Part shown: piece after piece, positions 20,416 through 29,626 of the stretch
How positions within the stretch are numbered: position 1 is the first letter of the stretch
Layout: each line of letters starts with the position of its first letter
NCBI GenBank assembly: GCA_029564765.1
Contig: JAKQPK010000019.1
Location: forward strand, 27,919 to 91,918
Length of the DNA: 64,000 nt
Origin: Candidatus Omnitrophota bacterium
Lineage (GTDB): Bacteria > Omnitrophota > Gorgyraeia > Zapsychrales > Aceulaceae
Direction: 5' to 3'
The notes under the pieces: model-generated
What the model saw: only the letters and a program-made list of their open reading frames with translations
What the model was told of the DNA's origin: nothing
Database searches by the model: none
Made by a program: the position numbers and the translations under genes

Positions 20416-21465
20416 TTATGCTTTTAGTTTCTCACGAATAACGCTTGCGCGCTTAACATCCCTCTCCAGCGGGTCAAGCTTCTTGCCTTCGATCTTCTGC
20501 AGATGAGCCGGCTGGATCATAATGAACAACTCGTTCACCGTCTGCTTACTAACATGCTTGATCACGCCGACATCAATCCCTAGACGCACCATCGAAAGCA
20601 GATCAACTGTTTCTTGACTAGAAATGATATGAGCGCTCTTTAAAATGCCGTACGAACGGCTGATCTTATCCTCCAGAACAGAACGGTTTTGGACAAGCAA
20701 GGCCTGCCGTGCCTGCTCTTCCTGCTCAACGATCTGGCGCACCAGACCGTTAATATTCTGCAAAATATCTTCTTCGCTGTGGCCTAAAGAGACCTGATTG
20801 GAGATCTGAAAGAAATTCCCTGTCGCTTGCGTTCCTTCCCCATAAAAACCGCGGGATGTGAAGCTTAATTTCGCAATGGCCTCCAGAACTTTGTTGATCT
20901 GCTTAGTCATCACCAATGCCGGCAAATGCAGCATGACAGAGCCTCGAATACCTGTTCCGGTGTTCGTCGGACATGCCGTTAAATATCCCCAATTCGCATC
21001 ATAAGCGTAAGGGATCTTCGCAGACAAGATATCATCGATCATGTTGATGATCTTCCATGTCTCCCGAAGGTCAAACCCTGACTGCATGACCTGGATCCTC
21101 AGGTGATCTTCTTCGTTGATCATGATGGAAAGGATCTCTTCTTTGGAGATGAGGATCGCTCTTCCTTCGCTGGTCGCGGCATGATCGTGGCTCATCAAAT
21201 GCCTCTCGATAAAGAACTGCTGGTCCAAGGCATCAAGCTCATTGATCTTCAAGAGCATCGCATTTTTGAAATATTCCGAAGAATCAAAGGCAGCCTTTGC
21301 GATCCTTACGATCTCTGCTAGATCTTTTTTATTAGCGCGGGCTGGAAAAGGTATCTTTTCAACGTTTCGAGCCAGGCGGATCCTTGATGACATGACAATA
21401 TGTGATTGAGGACCCGCTCCTTTTAGCCACTCTCCGGTATGCGTGATCAGATCATCGATCTTCAT
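20416..21465 (-). CDS. mcsB: Protein-arginine kinase McsB
   Basis: SSRIRLARN, MINEEDHLRIQ, GYLTACPTNTGTG, RGFYGEG, IQPAHLQ. Confidence 0.96.
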   Translation of the reverse strand: MKIDDLITHTGEWLKGAGPQSHIVMSSRIRLARNVEKIPFPARANKKDLAEIVRIAKAAFDSSEYFKNAMLLKINELDALDQQFFIERHLMSHDHAATSEGRAILISKEEILSIMINEEDHLRIQVMQSGFDLRETWKIINMIDDILSAKIPYAYDANWGYLTACPTNTGTGIRGSVMLHLPALVMTKQINKVLEAIAKLSFTSRGFYGEGTQATGNFFQISNQVSLGHSEEDILQNINGLVRQIVEQEEQARQALLVQNRSVLEDKISRSYGILKSAHIISSQETVDLLSMVRLGIDVGVIKHVSKQTVNELFIMIQPAHLQKIEGKKLDPLERDVKRASVIREKLKA

Positions 21466-22013
21466 AGTTGTTTTTCCTTTTCTTTTTTCTCAAGAATGCG
21501 GATCTTGTCCCTAAGGATAGCTGCCTGCTCAAAATTCTCAGATAAAACAGCGTGTTGTAGTTTCGTTTTTAGCTCTTGAAGTCCTTCTTCCTTCACAACA
21601 GTGGTCTTGACAGCCGCTGCTTTTAAGGATGGCGCTGCAGGCAAAGGAGCCGGACGACCAATAGGTTTTTTGCCTAAATGCTGGCCGGACCCGTGGATCT
21701 TTTTTAGCAGTGATGATAAATGCGCACGAAAAGCGTTATAGCACTCACTGCAACCCAAACGTCCGAATTTACGAAAATCCTCATAGCCCAACGCGCAATT
21801 CGGGCACTGCAGCTTGCTTTTTTCTTCTGTCTTGATTTGCTTGCCAAAATCAGAGAGCCCTGCCAAAAGGTCCGCAAGGCCAAACTGCTGCTCCATCTGA
21901 ACGCTACGCTCTTTAGCGCAATCCTCGCAGATATGCATCTCTGCCATTTTGCCATCCACGATCTCGGTCAAATGCACAGTGGCTTTCTTTTTTTTACAAA
22001 CATCACAGATCAT
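21462..22013 (-). CDS. mcsA: McsB activator McsA (UVR domain)
   Basis: Four CxxC motifs, GRLGCSECY..F, ENFEQAAILRDKI. Confidence 0.95.
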   Translation of the reverse strand: MICDVCKKKKATVHLTEIVDGKMAEMHICEDCAKERSVQMEQQFGLADLLAGLSDFGKQIKTEEKSKLQCPNCALGYEDFRKFGRLGCSECYNAFRAHLSSLLKKIHGSGQHLGKKPIGRPAPLPAAPSLKAAAVKTTVVKEEGLQELKTKLQHAVLSENFEQAAILRDKIRILEKKEKEKQL

Positions 22014-22043
22014 AAAATACTCCTTGCGATGATGATCGCTTCG

Positions 22044-22907
22044 TTAATATTTCACACCGTCTTTGGACGTGATCGTATGAAAAGCTTTGATAAGCTTTAA
22101 TGTAATGGGTCCTGGAACACCATCGCCAATCACACGCCCGTCAACCTTGACGATCGGAATGATCTCAGCGGCTGTCCCTGTCAAAAAACATTCTTCCGCG
22201 ACAAAGATCTCATGACGTGTCATCAACTTCTCGCTGACCATTATTTTTTGTTTTTTCGCTAATTCCATGACCGCATCGCGCGTGATCCCCCGCAGACGAG
22301 CATTGGGAGGCGTCAAGAGCTCACCTCGACGAACAATGAAAACATTGTCCCCGGTACACTCCGCGACAAATCCCTGCGCGTCCATCATCAAGGCTTCCAT
22401 GCAGCCAGAATTCGTGGCTTCAATCTTTGCCAAAATGTTGTTCAAATAATTCAAGGACTTCAGCTGAGGATTAACGGCCTCATTAAGGTTGCGCACGGTC
22501 GGAACCGTGATAATCGCCATCCCTTTTTGATAAAGTTCTTGAGGATAAAGCGTGATCTTATCCGTGATCACGATAACGGTCGCTGTGCCCTGGCATTTGC
22601 GAGGATCTAAGCCTAAATCCCCTTCTCCGCGGCTGACAATAACCCTGATGTAGGCATCTGACAAATGATTGCTCTTCAATGTCCTCACGACCGCATCGAT
22701 CATTTGGGCTTGAGTTAAAGGTATTTTTAGCATCAATGTGTGCGCTGATTCATAAAGCCTTTGAATATGTTCTTGCAGCTTAAAAACATTACGCTTATAA
22801 GACCTGATCCCCTCAAAGACTCCATCCCCATAAAGAAATCCGTGATCAAAAACGGAAACCTTGGCATCTTTCTTCTCCACAAATTTTCCATTAAGATAGA
22901 TCTTCAT
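22044..22907 (-). CDS. ilvE: Branched-chain amino acid aminotransferase
   Basis: DHGFLYGDGVFEGIR, KSLNYLNN, GITR, FLTGTAAE; start at the ATG at 22907 with SD. Confidence 0.93.
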   Translation of the reverse strand: MKIYLNGKFVEKKDAKVSVFDHGFLYGDGVFEGIRSYKRNVFKLQEHIQRLYESAHTLMLKIPLTQAQMIDAVVRTLKSNHLSDAYIRVIVSRGEGDLGLDPRKCQGTATVIVITDKITLYPQELYQKGMAIITVPTVRNLNEAVNPQLKSLNYLNNILAKIEATNSGCMEALMMDAQGFVAECTGDNVFIVRRGELLTPPNARLRGITRDAVMELAKKQKIMVSEKLMTRHEIFVAEECFLTGTAAEIIPIVKVDGRVIGDGVPGPITLKLIKAFHTITSKDGVKY

Positions 22908-22921
22908 AAGCCGCCCCTTTG

Positions 22922-23602
22922 TTAGTTTGAGTTGGTAATTTTTCCATCTTGAATATGGACACATCTCTGTGCTTGTTGCGCGATCGCAAGGTCGTGCGTC
23001 ACGATCACGACGGCCTGGCCTTGCTCCTGATTCAACTTACGCAACAGCGCGATGATACTCTCTCCTGACTGCGAATCTAGATTGCCTGTTGGTTCATCAC
23101 ACAAAATGATCTTTGGGCTGTTCATGAGGGCACGCGCGATAGCGACCCGCTGCTGCTCCCCGCCCGAAAGCTGTTTGGGTTTATGCGAAAGCCTGTGTTG
23201 CATACCCATTTGCCTTAGTAAAGACGCGGCCTTTTGTTCGATCATAGGCCGCTGCGACATCCCATCCCTGATAAAAGCGGGCAGCATCACATTCTCGATC
23301 GCGTTGAACTCAGGCAATAAATGATAAAATTGAAAAACAAACCCGATCTTTGTGTTGCGCAACGCAGAACGTTTACGATCATTCAAGCGCTGTACTTCTT
23401 CACCGTCGATAAAAACTTTTCCTTGAGTTGGAAAATCCAATCCTCCAAGAATATGCAACAGCGTCGATTTTCCAGCTCCAGATGGGCCAGTTAAGCTCAC
23501 GAATTCTCCCGGTTGCATAGAGAAATCGACACCTTTTAAGACCGCTAAAGGAGCTCCGGTCTCAATATAAACTTTATGGATATTCTCAGCTCTTAACATC
23601 AT
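22922..23602 (-). CDS. lolD: Lipoprotein-releasing ABC transporter ATP-binding protein
   Basis: GPSGAGKST, GFVFQFYHLL, LSGGEQQRVAIARAL, DEPTGNLD. Confidence 0.9.
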   Translation of the reverse strand: MMLRAENIHKVYIETGAPLAVLKGVDFSMQPGEFVSLTGPSGAGKSTLLHILGGLDFPTQGKVFIDGEEVQRLNDRKRSALRNTKIGFVFQFYHLLPEFNAIENVMLPAFIRDGMSQRPMIEQKAASLLRQMGMQHRLSHKPKQLSGGEQQRVAIARALMNSPKIILCDEPTGNLDSQSGESIIALLRKLNQEQGQAVVIVTHDLAIAQQAQRCVHIQDGKITNSN

Positions 23603-24798
23603 TCGTACCGAAGCGCTTCCACAGGCTCAAGTCGTCCTGCCATCTTCGCCGGATAGATCGTCGCAAGATACGTGATCATCATGGCCGCTCCCGCGATCAT
23701 CAGAAGATCGTTTAATTCTAGGACAACCGGAAGCTTATCTAGATAATAAATATCCGGAGGCAATTTAATAAATTGATATTCTTTCAGCGCTAGGCTTAAG
23801 CTGATGCCGCCTACGCAACCCCAAAACGTTCCCATAAAGCCAATGGATAACCCTTTAAAAACAAAAATGCGCTCGATCGCCTTGCGTGGAACGCCAACGG
23901 CCTTCAATGTGCCGATATCCTTGATCTTTGTTGTGACCGTGACGATCAGCGTGCTGACGATATTGAACGACGCCACAAGAACGATCAAGGTCAGGATAAC
24001 GAACATCGCGAACTTCTCAAGTTTTAGTGCCGCAAAAAAGTTCTTATTCATATCGATCCACGTTTTGACCAGAAAACTATATCCCAGCGTCTTATAGATC
24101 ATTTTCTTTACATGCGGCGCTTGATACACGTCATCAAGCTTAACAGCGATACCGGATACGGTTCCAGCAGGCATCCGATAGATCTCTTGGGCCTTGGTAA
24201 GGCTGATCAAAACAAGGTTCATATCATAATCGTACATGCCTGAACTAAAAACACCGACAATGGTAAGTTCATGTCGCCATCCACCACCAGCCAGTCCTAA
24301 AGCCGGAGCGATCAAGGTGATCTGATCCCCCACCTCTTTCCCGAGATAAATCGCCAGTTCTCGGCCAATGATAGCGCCGCGCTCATTCAATGCCTCCAGC
24401 CGACCCTCCCGCAGATACTCCCTGGCTTTTGTGACCGTTGCTTCTGTGGCTGGGTCAATACCACGGCCCATAACGCTCATTGATTGACCGGCATACTCCA
24501 AGAAAAGAGGGCCTTGCACATACGGCGTCGTTGCTTTCACGCCTGGTATGCTAAGAAGCTCTTTCTGGGTTTGGGCAATATTCCCAACGCCTACTTCTTT
24601 TTCAACAACGATATGCGCGTTGGTGCCTATGATCTTATCCCGCAGATCACTGTCAAATCCTGTCATGACCGCAATGACGATAATAAGCGCCGCGACACCG
24701 ATCGCGACACCCGCGACAGCGATAAAATTGATCACGGCTAAAAAAGGTTCTTTTTTGGCAAAAAGATACCGGATCCCGATCCATCCCTCGTAGGTCAT
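23599..24798 (-). CDS. lolE: Lipoprotein-releasing ABC transporter permease LolC/E
   Basis: GVAIGVAALIIVIAVMTGF, VASFNIVSTL, DIYYLDKLPV, YPA..A..L.PVEALRYE. Confidence 0.9.
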   Translation of the reverse strand: MTYEGWIGIRYLFAKKEPFLAVINFIAVAGVAIGVAALIIVIAVMTGFDSDLRDKIIGTNAHIVVEKEVGVGNIAQTQKELLSIPGVKATTPYVQGPLFLEYAGQSMSVMGRGIDPATEATVTKAREYLREGRLEALNERGAIIGRELAIYLGKEVGDQITLIAPALGLAGGGWRHELTIVGVFSSGMYDYDMNLVLISLTKAQEIYRMPAGTVSGIAVKLDDVYQAPHVKKMIYKTLGYSFLVKTWIDMNKNFFAALKLEKFAMFVILTLIVLVASFNIVSTLIVTVTTKIKDIGTLKAVGVPRKAIERIFVFKGLSIGFMGTFWGCVGGISLSLALKEYQFIKLPPDIYYLDKLPVVLELNDLLMIAGAAMMITYLATIYPAKMAGRLEPVEALRYE

Positions 24799-26261
24799 GT
24801 CAATTCTTCTTCTTTTTTTGTATGCGGCTTGAGCAAAGGAAATAAAATAACATCACGGATCGAAGGGGCATCTGTCAAGATCATGACAAGGCGGTCGATC
24901 CCGATGCCTAATCCGCCCGCTGGGGGCATGCCATATTCCAGCGCGTGGACAAAATCTTCGTCAATAGTTCGCAATCCTGTTTCCGTGTCATCCTTAAGGT
25001 CTTCTGTTAAACGCGCGCGCTGCTCGACAGGATCATTAAGCTCTGAATACGCGTTACCAACTTCCATGCCGGCGATAAAACACTCAAATCGTTGCGCTAA
25101 AAGCGGGTTATCCGGCTTGGCCTTGGCCAAGGGTGAAAGAAAAGTAAAATAATCGATAAGGAATAAAGGGTTGTTTGTCGCGTCTTCATCCAAAAAGTCT
25201 TCAACGAGCTTCATGATGCCAGAGCGCGTCAATGTCTCATCGGCGGCAACCTTTTTTCTCGCCTTCACCTTAGCCAGCATTGTTTTAGCATCGTCGCCAG
25301 GATCAATATCAAATTTATCTTTAACAAGCTCCGCGAATGACCTTCTTTTCCAAGGGGGCGTAAAATCGATCTCCTTGCCTTGATAAATGATCTTGTATCC
25401 TCCGGTCATCGTTTGGACCGCGGAGCTGACCATGTCCTCGGTCAATTTCATCATATCGTTAAAATCCGCGTAAGCCTGATAGACTTCCAGCATGGTAAAT
25501 TCTGGGTTGTGACGTGTCGATATACCTTCATTACGGAAATTACGATTAAGCTCGTACACTCTCTCTAATCCGCCGACCAAAAGACGCTTGAGATACAGCT
25601 CAGGAGCGATACGTAAAAAGACTTCCATATCATAAGCATTGTGAAGACTTTTAAATGGCCGTCCTCTCGCCCCGCCAGCCATAGGCTGCAGCATGGGAGT
25701 TTCAACTTCCAGAAAGCCGCGCGCGTCCAGGAAAGAGCGAATAAAACTAACGATCTTACTGCGCTTAACGAACACGTCTCGAACATCTTTGTTCGCCAAA
25801 AGATCGACATAGCGCTGACGATAGCGGATCTCAACATCCTTGAGTCCATGCCATTTCTCAGGAAGACACATCAAAGATTTTGAAAGAATGGAGAACTCAA
25901 GCACGCGGACACTTTCTTGCCCTGTCTTTGTCCTAAACAGTTTGCCTTTAACTCCAGCGATATCGCCAATATCCACTTGATGCTGGACTAGATGAAAAAG
26001 GTCCTCGCCAACATTGTCCAATTTGACAAAAAGCTGGATCTTGGCATTTTGGTCCATCAGGTCTAGAAAGATCACCTTGCCATGAGCGCGATTGGCCATA
26101 ATACGGCCAGCCAAGACAACATCTTTTTCCTCTTCAAAAGCTTCCAGGGACTGCGCGATGGTCGCTGTTGTAACAAACTTCCCTCCATAGGGATTAAAAC
26201 CTTTGGATGCCAAAAGACGTGCTTTTTCTTCTCGGATCTTCTTAATTTCTTCGATTTCCAC
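24795..26261 (-). CDS. lysS: Lysine--tRNA ligase (class II)
   Basis: RYRQRYVDL, LRIAPELYLKRL, FRNEG..HNPEF, GMPP.GGLGIGIDRL; GTG start with AGGAG. Confidence 0.97.
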   Translation of the reverse strand: MEIEEIKKIREEKARLLASKGFNPYGGKFVTTATIAQSLEAFEEEKDVVLAGRIMANRAHGKVIFLDLMDQNAKIQLFVKLDNVGEDLFHLVQHQVDIGDIAGVKGKLFRTKTGQESVRVLEFSILSKSLMCLPEKWHGLKDVEIRYRQRYVDLLANKDVRDVFVKRSKIVSFIRSFLDARGFLEVETPMLQPMAGGARGRPFKSLHNAYDMEVFLRIAPELYLKRLLVGGLERVYELNRNFRNEGISTRHNPEFTMLEVYQAYADFNDMMKLTEDMVSSAVQTMTGGYKIIYQGKEIDFTPPWKRRSFAELVKDKFDIDPGDDAKTMLAKVKARKKVAADETLTRSGIMKLVEDFLDEDATNNPLFLIDYFTFLSPLAKAKPDNPLLAQRFECFIAGMEVGNAYSELNDPVEQRARLTEDLKDDTETGLRTIDEDFVHALEYGMPPAGGLGIGIDRLVMILTDAPSIRDVILFPLLKPHTKKEEELT

Positions 26262-26296
26262 GATTAACTCCTATTTATATTAATATTAAGTAGCTT

Positions 26297-26325
26297 ATTA
26301 TATAGAAAAAGAATAGGGGTGTCAA
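26297..26325 (-). promoter_or_regulatory. Consensus sigma70 promoter of the lysS operon
   Basis: TTGACA(26325-20), 17-nt spacer, TATAAT(26302-297). Confidence 0.85.
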
Positions 26326-26366
26326 TTAAAGGGATGCGAAATGAAGGTCGGTTCCTAACAAAAAGA

Positions 26367-26960
26367 TCAGGAATATCTACGGATGCTCGTTATAACCTTG
26401 CCGATCAGGCTGACATCTTCATTGACGGGAATGGGCTGATAAGCGCTATTGGCAGGATGAAGATAAAAATTCTTCCCTTCTCTGACAAGATGCTTGACCG
26501 TGGCTTCATCACCGATCAAGGCCACGACCACATCACCGATCTCGGCAGCTTGCTGACGGCGGACGAGGACCAGGTCATCTGGCATGATCCCGGCTTCGAT
26601 CATGCTGTCACCTTTGACGCGCAAGGCAAAAATATCCGCATCAGAAAAGAAAAGATCGTTGAGGTCAACATATCCTTCAATATCTTCCACGGCCAATGTC
26701 GGACTTCCGGCAGCAACAGCTCCTAAGACAGGGATCCGAAAAGCATCCTTAACAAGCTCAATGGCGCGTGCCTTGCCCTCATTGATCTTGATGTAGCCTT
26801 TATCCACAAGCGCTCTGAGATAATCACGGACAGTTCCGGTGGATGAAAAGCCAAACTCCTCCGCGATCTCACGAATCGTTGGAGGAAGCTTATCATTTTT
26901 GATCTTATTAAAAATGAATTGAAGAACGTTCTTTTGTTTTTCTGTAAGTTCTTTGATCAT
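26367..26960 (-). CDS. lexA: SOS repressor LexA
   Basis: LTEKQ..VL, PPTIREI wHTH, Ala-Gly cleavage site (VAAG), catalytic GDSM Ser and TVK Lys. Confidence 0.95.
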   Translation of the reverse strand: MIKELTEKQKNVLQFIFNKIKNDKLPPTIREIAEEFGFSSTGTVRDYLRALVDKGYIKINEGKARAIELVKDAFRIPVLGAVAAGSPTLAVEDIEGYVDLNDLFFSDADIFALRVKGDSMIEAGIMPDDLVLVRRQQAAEIGDVVVALIGDEATVKHLVREGKNFYLHPANSAYQPIPVNEDVSLIGKVITSIRRYS

Positions 26961-26966
26961 AAAAAT

Positions 26967-26996
26967 AATTTACCACACAGATGTATGGTATGTCAA
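26967..26996 (-). promoter_or_regulatory. lexA promoter (likely leaderless) with overlapping 20-bp palindromic operator
   Basis: TTGACA(26996-91), 18-nt spacer, TG.TAAATT(26972-67), then 6 nt to the ATG; palindrome TACCACACA-GA-TGTATGGTA at 26971-26990. Confidence 0.75.
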
Positions 26997-27015
26997 GAAG
27001 CGTTTTATTATTGTT

Positions 27016-27050
27016 AAAAATGGGCGCATCCTTTTTAAAAGGATGCGCCC
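27016..27050 (-). terminator. Intrinsic terminator downstream of htpX
   Basis: GGGCGCATCCTTTT/AAAAGGATGCGCCC perfect inverted repeat followed by ATTTTT on the minus strand. Confidence 0.8.
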
Positions 27051-27073
27051 CAAAACCCCTATCCTCTCTTTTT

Positions 27074-28033
27074 CTAGCTCAATGACGACAAATGCTTAAT
27101 ACGTTTCAACATGTTCGGATGCGTGCTTAAAAGTTCCATCATTTTCTCGGAAGAACTAAGACGGGGATGCGCGTTACGCAAAAGCGCTAACTCCCCAGCA
27201 TCAATTGATCCATTGCGATCATAATCTATCTGGCTTAATTCTTTGATCTCGTTTCGCGCATTTGAAGGGTCATTGACAAAAAATGCCTTCATCCCTTCAG
27301 CTTCCTGCACAGCTTCACGAGGCATACGCGCAGAACCATAGACAAGCTTATAGAGCGCGGAAGCCAAGCTCTCCGGACGGTTCCCAAGCTCTACAGACCC
27401 TTTGTCAGCAAAATACTCGCGGATCCTTGAGGCGTACAGAACGAGAAGATTGGTCAAGAAATAAAAAAGGAACGCTGCCAATCCGATCAATGCTGTATTT
27501 GCGCCATCACGGGAACTTCGGCGATTGCCGAAAAAAAGAAATTGCCAAGCGATCCGATAAAGGATCATCGGAATAATGGAAAGAAGGGTGATGGTCAGAA
27601 CATCCCGATTGCGTAAATGAGAGATTTCATGCCCAATAACAGCTCTAAGTTCCTGATCGTTGAGGAGGCTCACGATCCCTTTCGTTACACATACCCTGCC
27701 ATCGGAGATCCCGCGGCCAAAGGCAAATGCGTTAGGAATAGCCATCTGGGAGATCCCAACTTTGGGCATAGGGATACCGGCACGAGAGGCTTGATCCTCG
27801 ACCATTTGATACAACTTAGGATTTTGTTCACGGGTAACATATTTGACGCCCATGGACCATTCAACGATCTTAGGCCCGATCAGATACTGAAAGAACATTA
27901 GGGCGATCGATATGCCAAGATAAAAATAAAAATTGCTGAGGCCCATGAACTGACCTACCACAACAACAGCCGCATAGATAATGCCGAACAAGATCGTCAT
28001 CATCAACCACAAGCGAAACTGTAACGAGAACAT
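27074..28033 (-). CDS. htpX: Zinc metalloprotease HtpX (M48)
   Basis: PNAFAFG, HEISH, SRIREY.AD, STHP..KRI; TM helices. Confidence 0.93.
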   Translation of the reverse strand: MFSLQFRLWLMMTILFGIIYAAVVVVGQFMGLSNFYFYLGISIALMFFQYLIGPKIVEWSMGVKYVTREQNPKLYQMVEDQASRAGIPMPKVGISQMAIPNAFAFGRGISDGRVCVTKGIVSLLNDQELRAVIGHEISHLRNRDVLTITLLSIIPMILYRIAWQFLFFGNRRSSRDGANTALIGLAAFLFYFLTNLLVLYASRIREYFADKGSVELGNRPESLASALYKLVYGSARMPREAVQEAEGMKAFFVNDPSNARNEIKELSQIDYDRNGSIDAGELALLRNAHPRLSSSEKMMELLSTHPNMLKRIKHLSSLS

Positions 28034-28085
28034 AAAACCTCCTTTTCAGAAAAGCCATATAAAAACCAGCGATTTTCAAATGACA

Positions 28086-28129
28086 ATTATAACCAAAAGC
28101 CTGCCAAAGTAAATATTTTTTGGCAGGCT
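28086..28129 (-). terminator. Terminator-like hairpin overlapping the putative htpX promoter
   Basis: AGCCTGCCAAA(28098-108)/TTTGGCAGGCT(28119-29) followed by T-run on the minus strand; TTTACT-16-TATAAT overlaps it. Confidence 0.55.
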
Positions 28130-28162
28130 CCTTGATGTTTCTAAACTGTTTCTACAACAGTC

Positions 28163-28570
28163 TCAGATCTTGATCGCTCTATAATCGTAAGTCGCGTGAT
28201 GAAAAACACGCACATTCTTAGGCTTCATACGCAAAACAACCAGCATGGGATCACTAGGAGTCTCATAAAACTTATGCAAGGACAGGACATTGCTCCATAG
28301 TCTTGCTTTATCCTTAAGCGATGTGCTTAACATACACGGCCCCGCGATTCGCACATGCGCTCCGTCGGGTGCTGCAAAACAATACTCCGCGTACGGGACT
28401 TTTTTAAGGTGGTCGATCTTTTCTTGTCCTTCTTCAATACCGCACCAAAGCTCTTTGCCAGCCCAATAAAGAGCGCGCACAGGACGGACACCGACGCGCT
28501 TGCCATCAGACGTCGCCAGCATTCCAAAAGGAACGCTTTTCATAAATTCCTGTAATTGATAGAATGTCAT
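28163..28570 (-). CDS. Pyridoxamine 5'-phosphate oxidase-like FMN-binding split-barrel protein
   Basis: LATSDG...VRP, K...L...P..E.CF, VRIAG, DP.LVVL pattern; start at the ATG at 28570, just after the upstream stop. Confidence 0.7.
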   Translation of the reverse strand: MTFYQLQEFMKSVPFGMLATSDGKRVGVRPVRALYWAGKELWCGIEEGQEKIDHLKKVPYAEYCFAAPDGAHVRIAGPCMLSTSLKDKARLWSNVLSLHKFYETPSDPMLVVLRMKPKNVRVFHHATYDYRAIKI

Positions 28571-28574
28571 ATGA

Positions 28575-28763
28575 CTACTTGCAACAGCAGCTTCCGCCAG
28601 CTGCGGTCCTTTTAACCATGCTGGAAACAATAAAGAAAGCTAGCGCAATAAAAATGACTTGATTGTCCGATGCTGGCAAGACATCAAAAGCTGCTGCCAG
28701 TAAAAGCATAATTCCACAGCCCTGCAGAAGGACTGTGATCGTCTCAACAGGTTTTGCCTTCAT
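28575..28763 (-). CDS. Small two-TM membrane protein with C-terminal CCC
   Basis: Strong SD AAGGAGGG, two hydrophobic helices, ends GGSCCCK. Confidence 0.65.
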   Translation of the reverse strand: MKAKPVETITVLLQGCGIMLLLAAAFDVLPASDNQVIFIALAFFIVSSMVKRTAAGGSCCCK

Positions 28764-28834
28764 AATACCCTCCTTTGTATGAGATTCCCCTTAACGCTAT
28801 TTTTTTAAGATAAAAGATCAAGCTGATCATGCCA

Positions 28835-29626
28835 TCACTTTCTTTTTGCTGAAGCCTGTAAATTTACAAAAAATTTCTGAAAACATAGCACGTGAAAATG
28901 CAAATGCTTTCTCTGGTCCTGTCTTCTGAAAAGAAATCCCTGATCATAAAGTTCAGCTAAAGAAAGTTTGTTGTCTTCTTTTTTAGTCAAGATCCCCTGG
29001 GCAGCTCTATGCATCTGTTGAGCTACCGCTTCTCTGCCTAAGGAAAGAAAGATGTTGGCAAGCTCTTCATACGCGAGATATTCATCTTCCCTGGTGCGGG
29101 TTAAAAAGGACATAAAGTCCTCAAGAACGATCTGCGGACCCATGGCCTCCCGGAAATCATCATTCCGAAGAAAACCTGCATACATGCCCACTGTCTTTGG
29201 TAAAACATCTATGGCTTTCTGTAATAAAAAAATCGCTTTTTCAAATTCCTTTTTCTGACTATAGATCATGCCCTGATCCCAATAATAAGAATACTGATTC
29301 GGATTAATAGTAATTGCTTTATCATACATAGCGATCGCTCGATCAAGATCACCTAAATAATAGTAACAAAATCCTTGGTTAGCATACGCATGATCGAATG
29401 GGCCTAAGGTATCTATAAGCTCTTGATAATACTGAATGCACCACCTTAATTCATATGCAGTAAAATCTTGGTTCTCGTTAATTTTATGAACGATTTCTGC
29501 TTCTAAGCGCTTTTTATATGCAATGGAAGAAAGCTTGGCCACCACTGGCTCTTCTCTGAAGAAAACAAAGAAAATCATTAAAACCAGCAAATACATAACA
29601 ATCCACCGATGGCAGAAATGTTTCAC
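28835..29626 (-). CDS. Membrane-anchored tetratricopeptide-repeat protein
   Basis: GTG at 29626 (GTGA overlap, SD AAGGAG), N-terminal TM, TPR motifs AYANQGFCYYYLG..AI..YDKAI.INP. Confidence 0.75.
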   Translation of the reverse strand: MKHFCHRWIVMYLLVLMIFFVFFREEPVVAKLSSIAYKKRLEAEIVHKINENQDFTAYELRWCIQYYQELIDTLGPFDHAYANQGFCYYYLGDLDRAIAMYDKAITINPNQYSYYWDQGMIYSQKKEFEKAIFLLQKAIDVLPKTVGMYAGFLRNDDFREAMGPQIVLEDFMSFLTRTREDEYLAYEELANIFLSLGREAVAQQMHRAAQGILTKKEDNKLSLAELYDQGFLFRRQDQRKHLHFHVLCFQKFFVNLQASAKRK

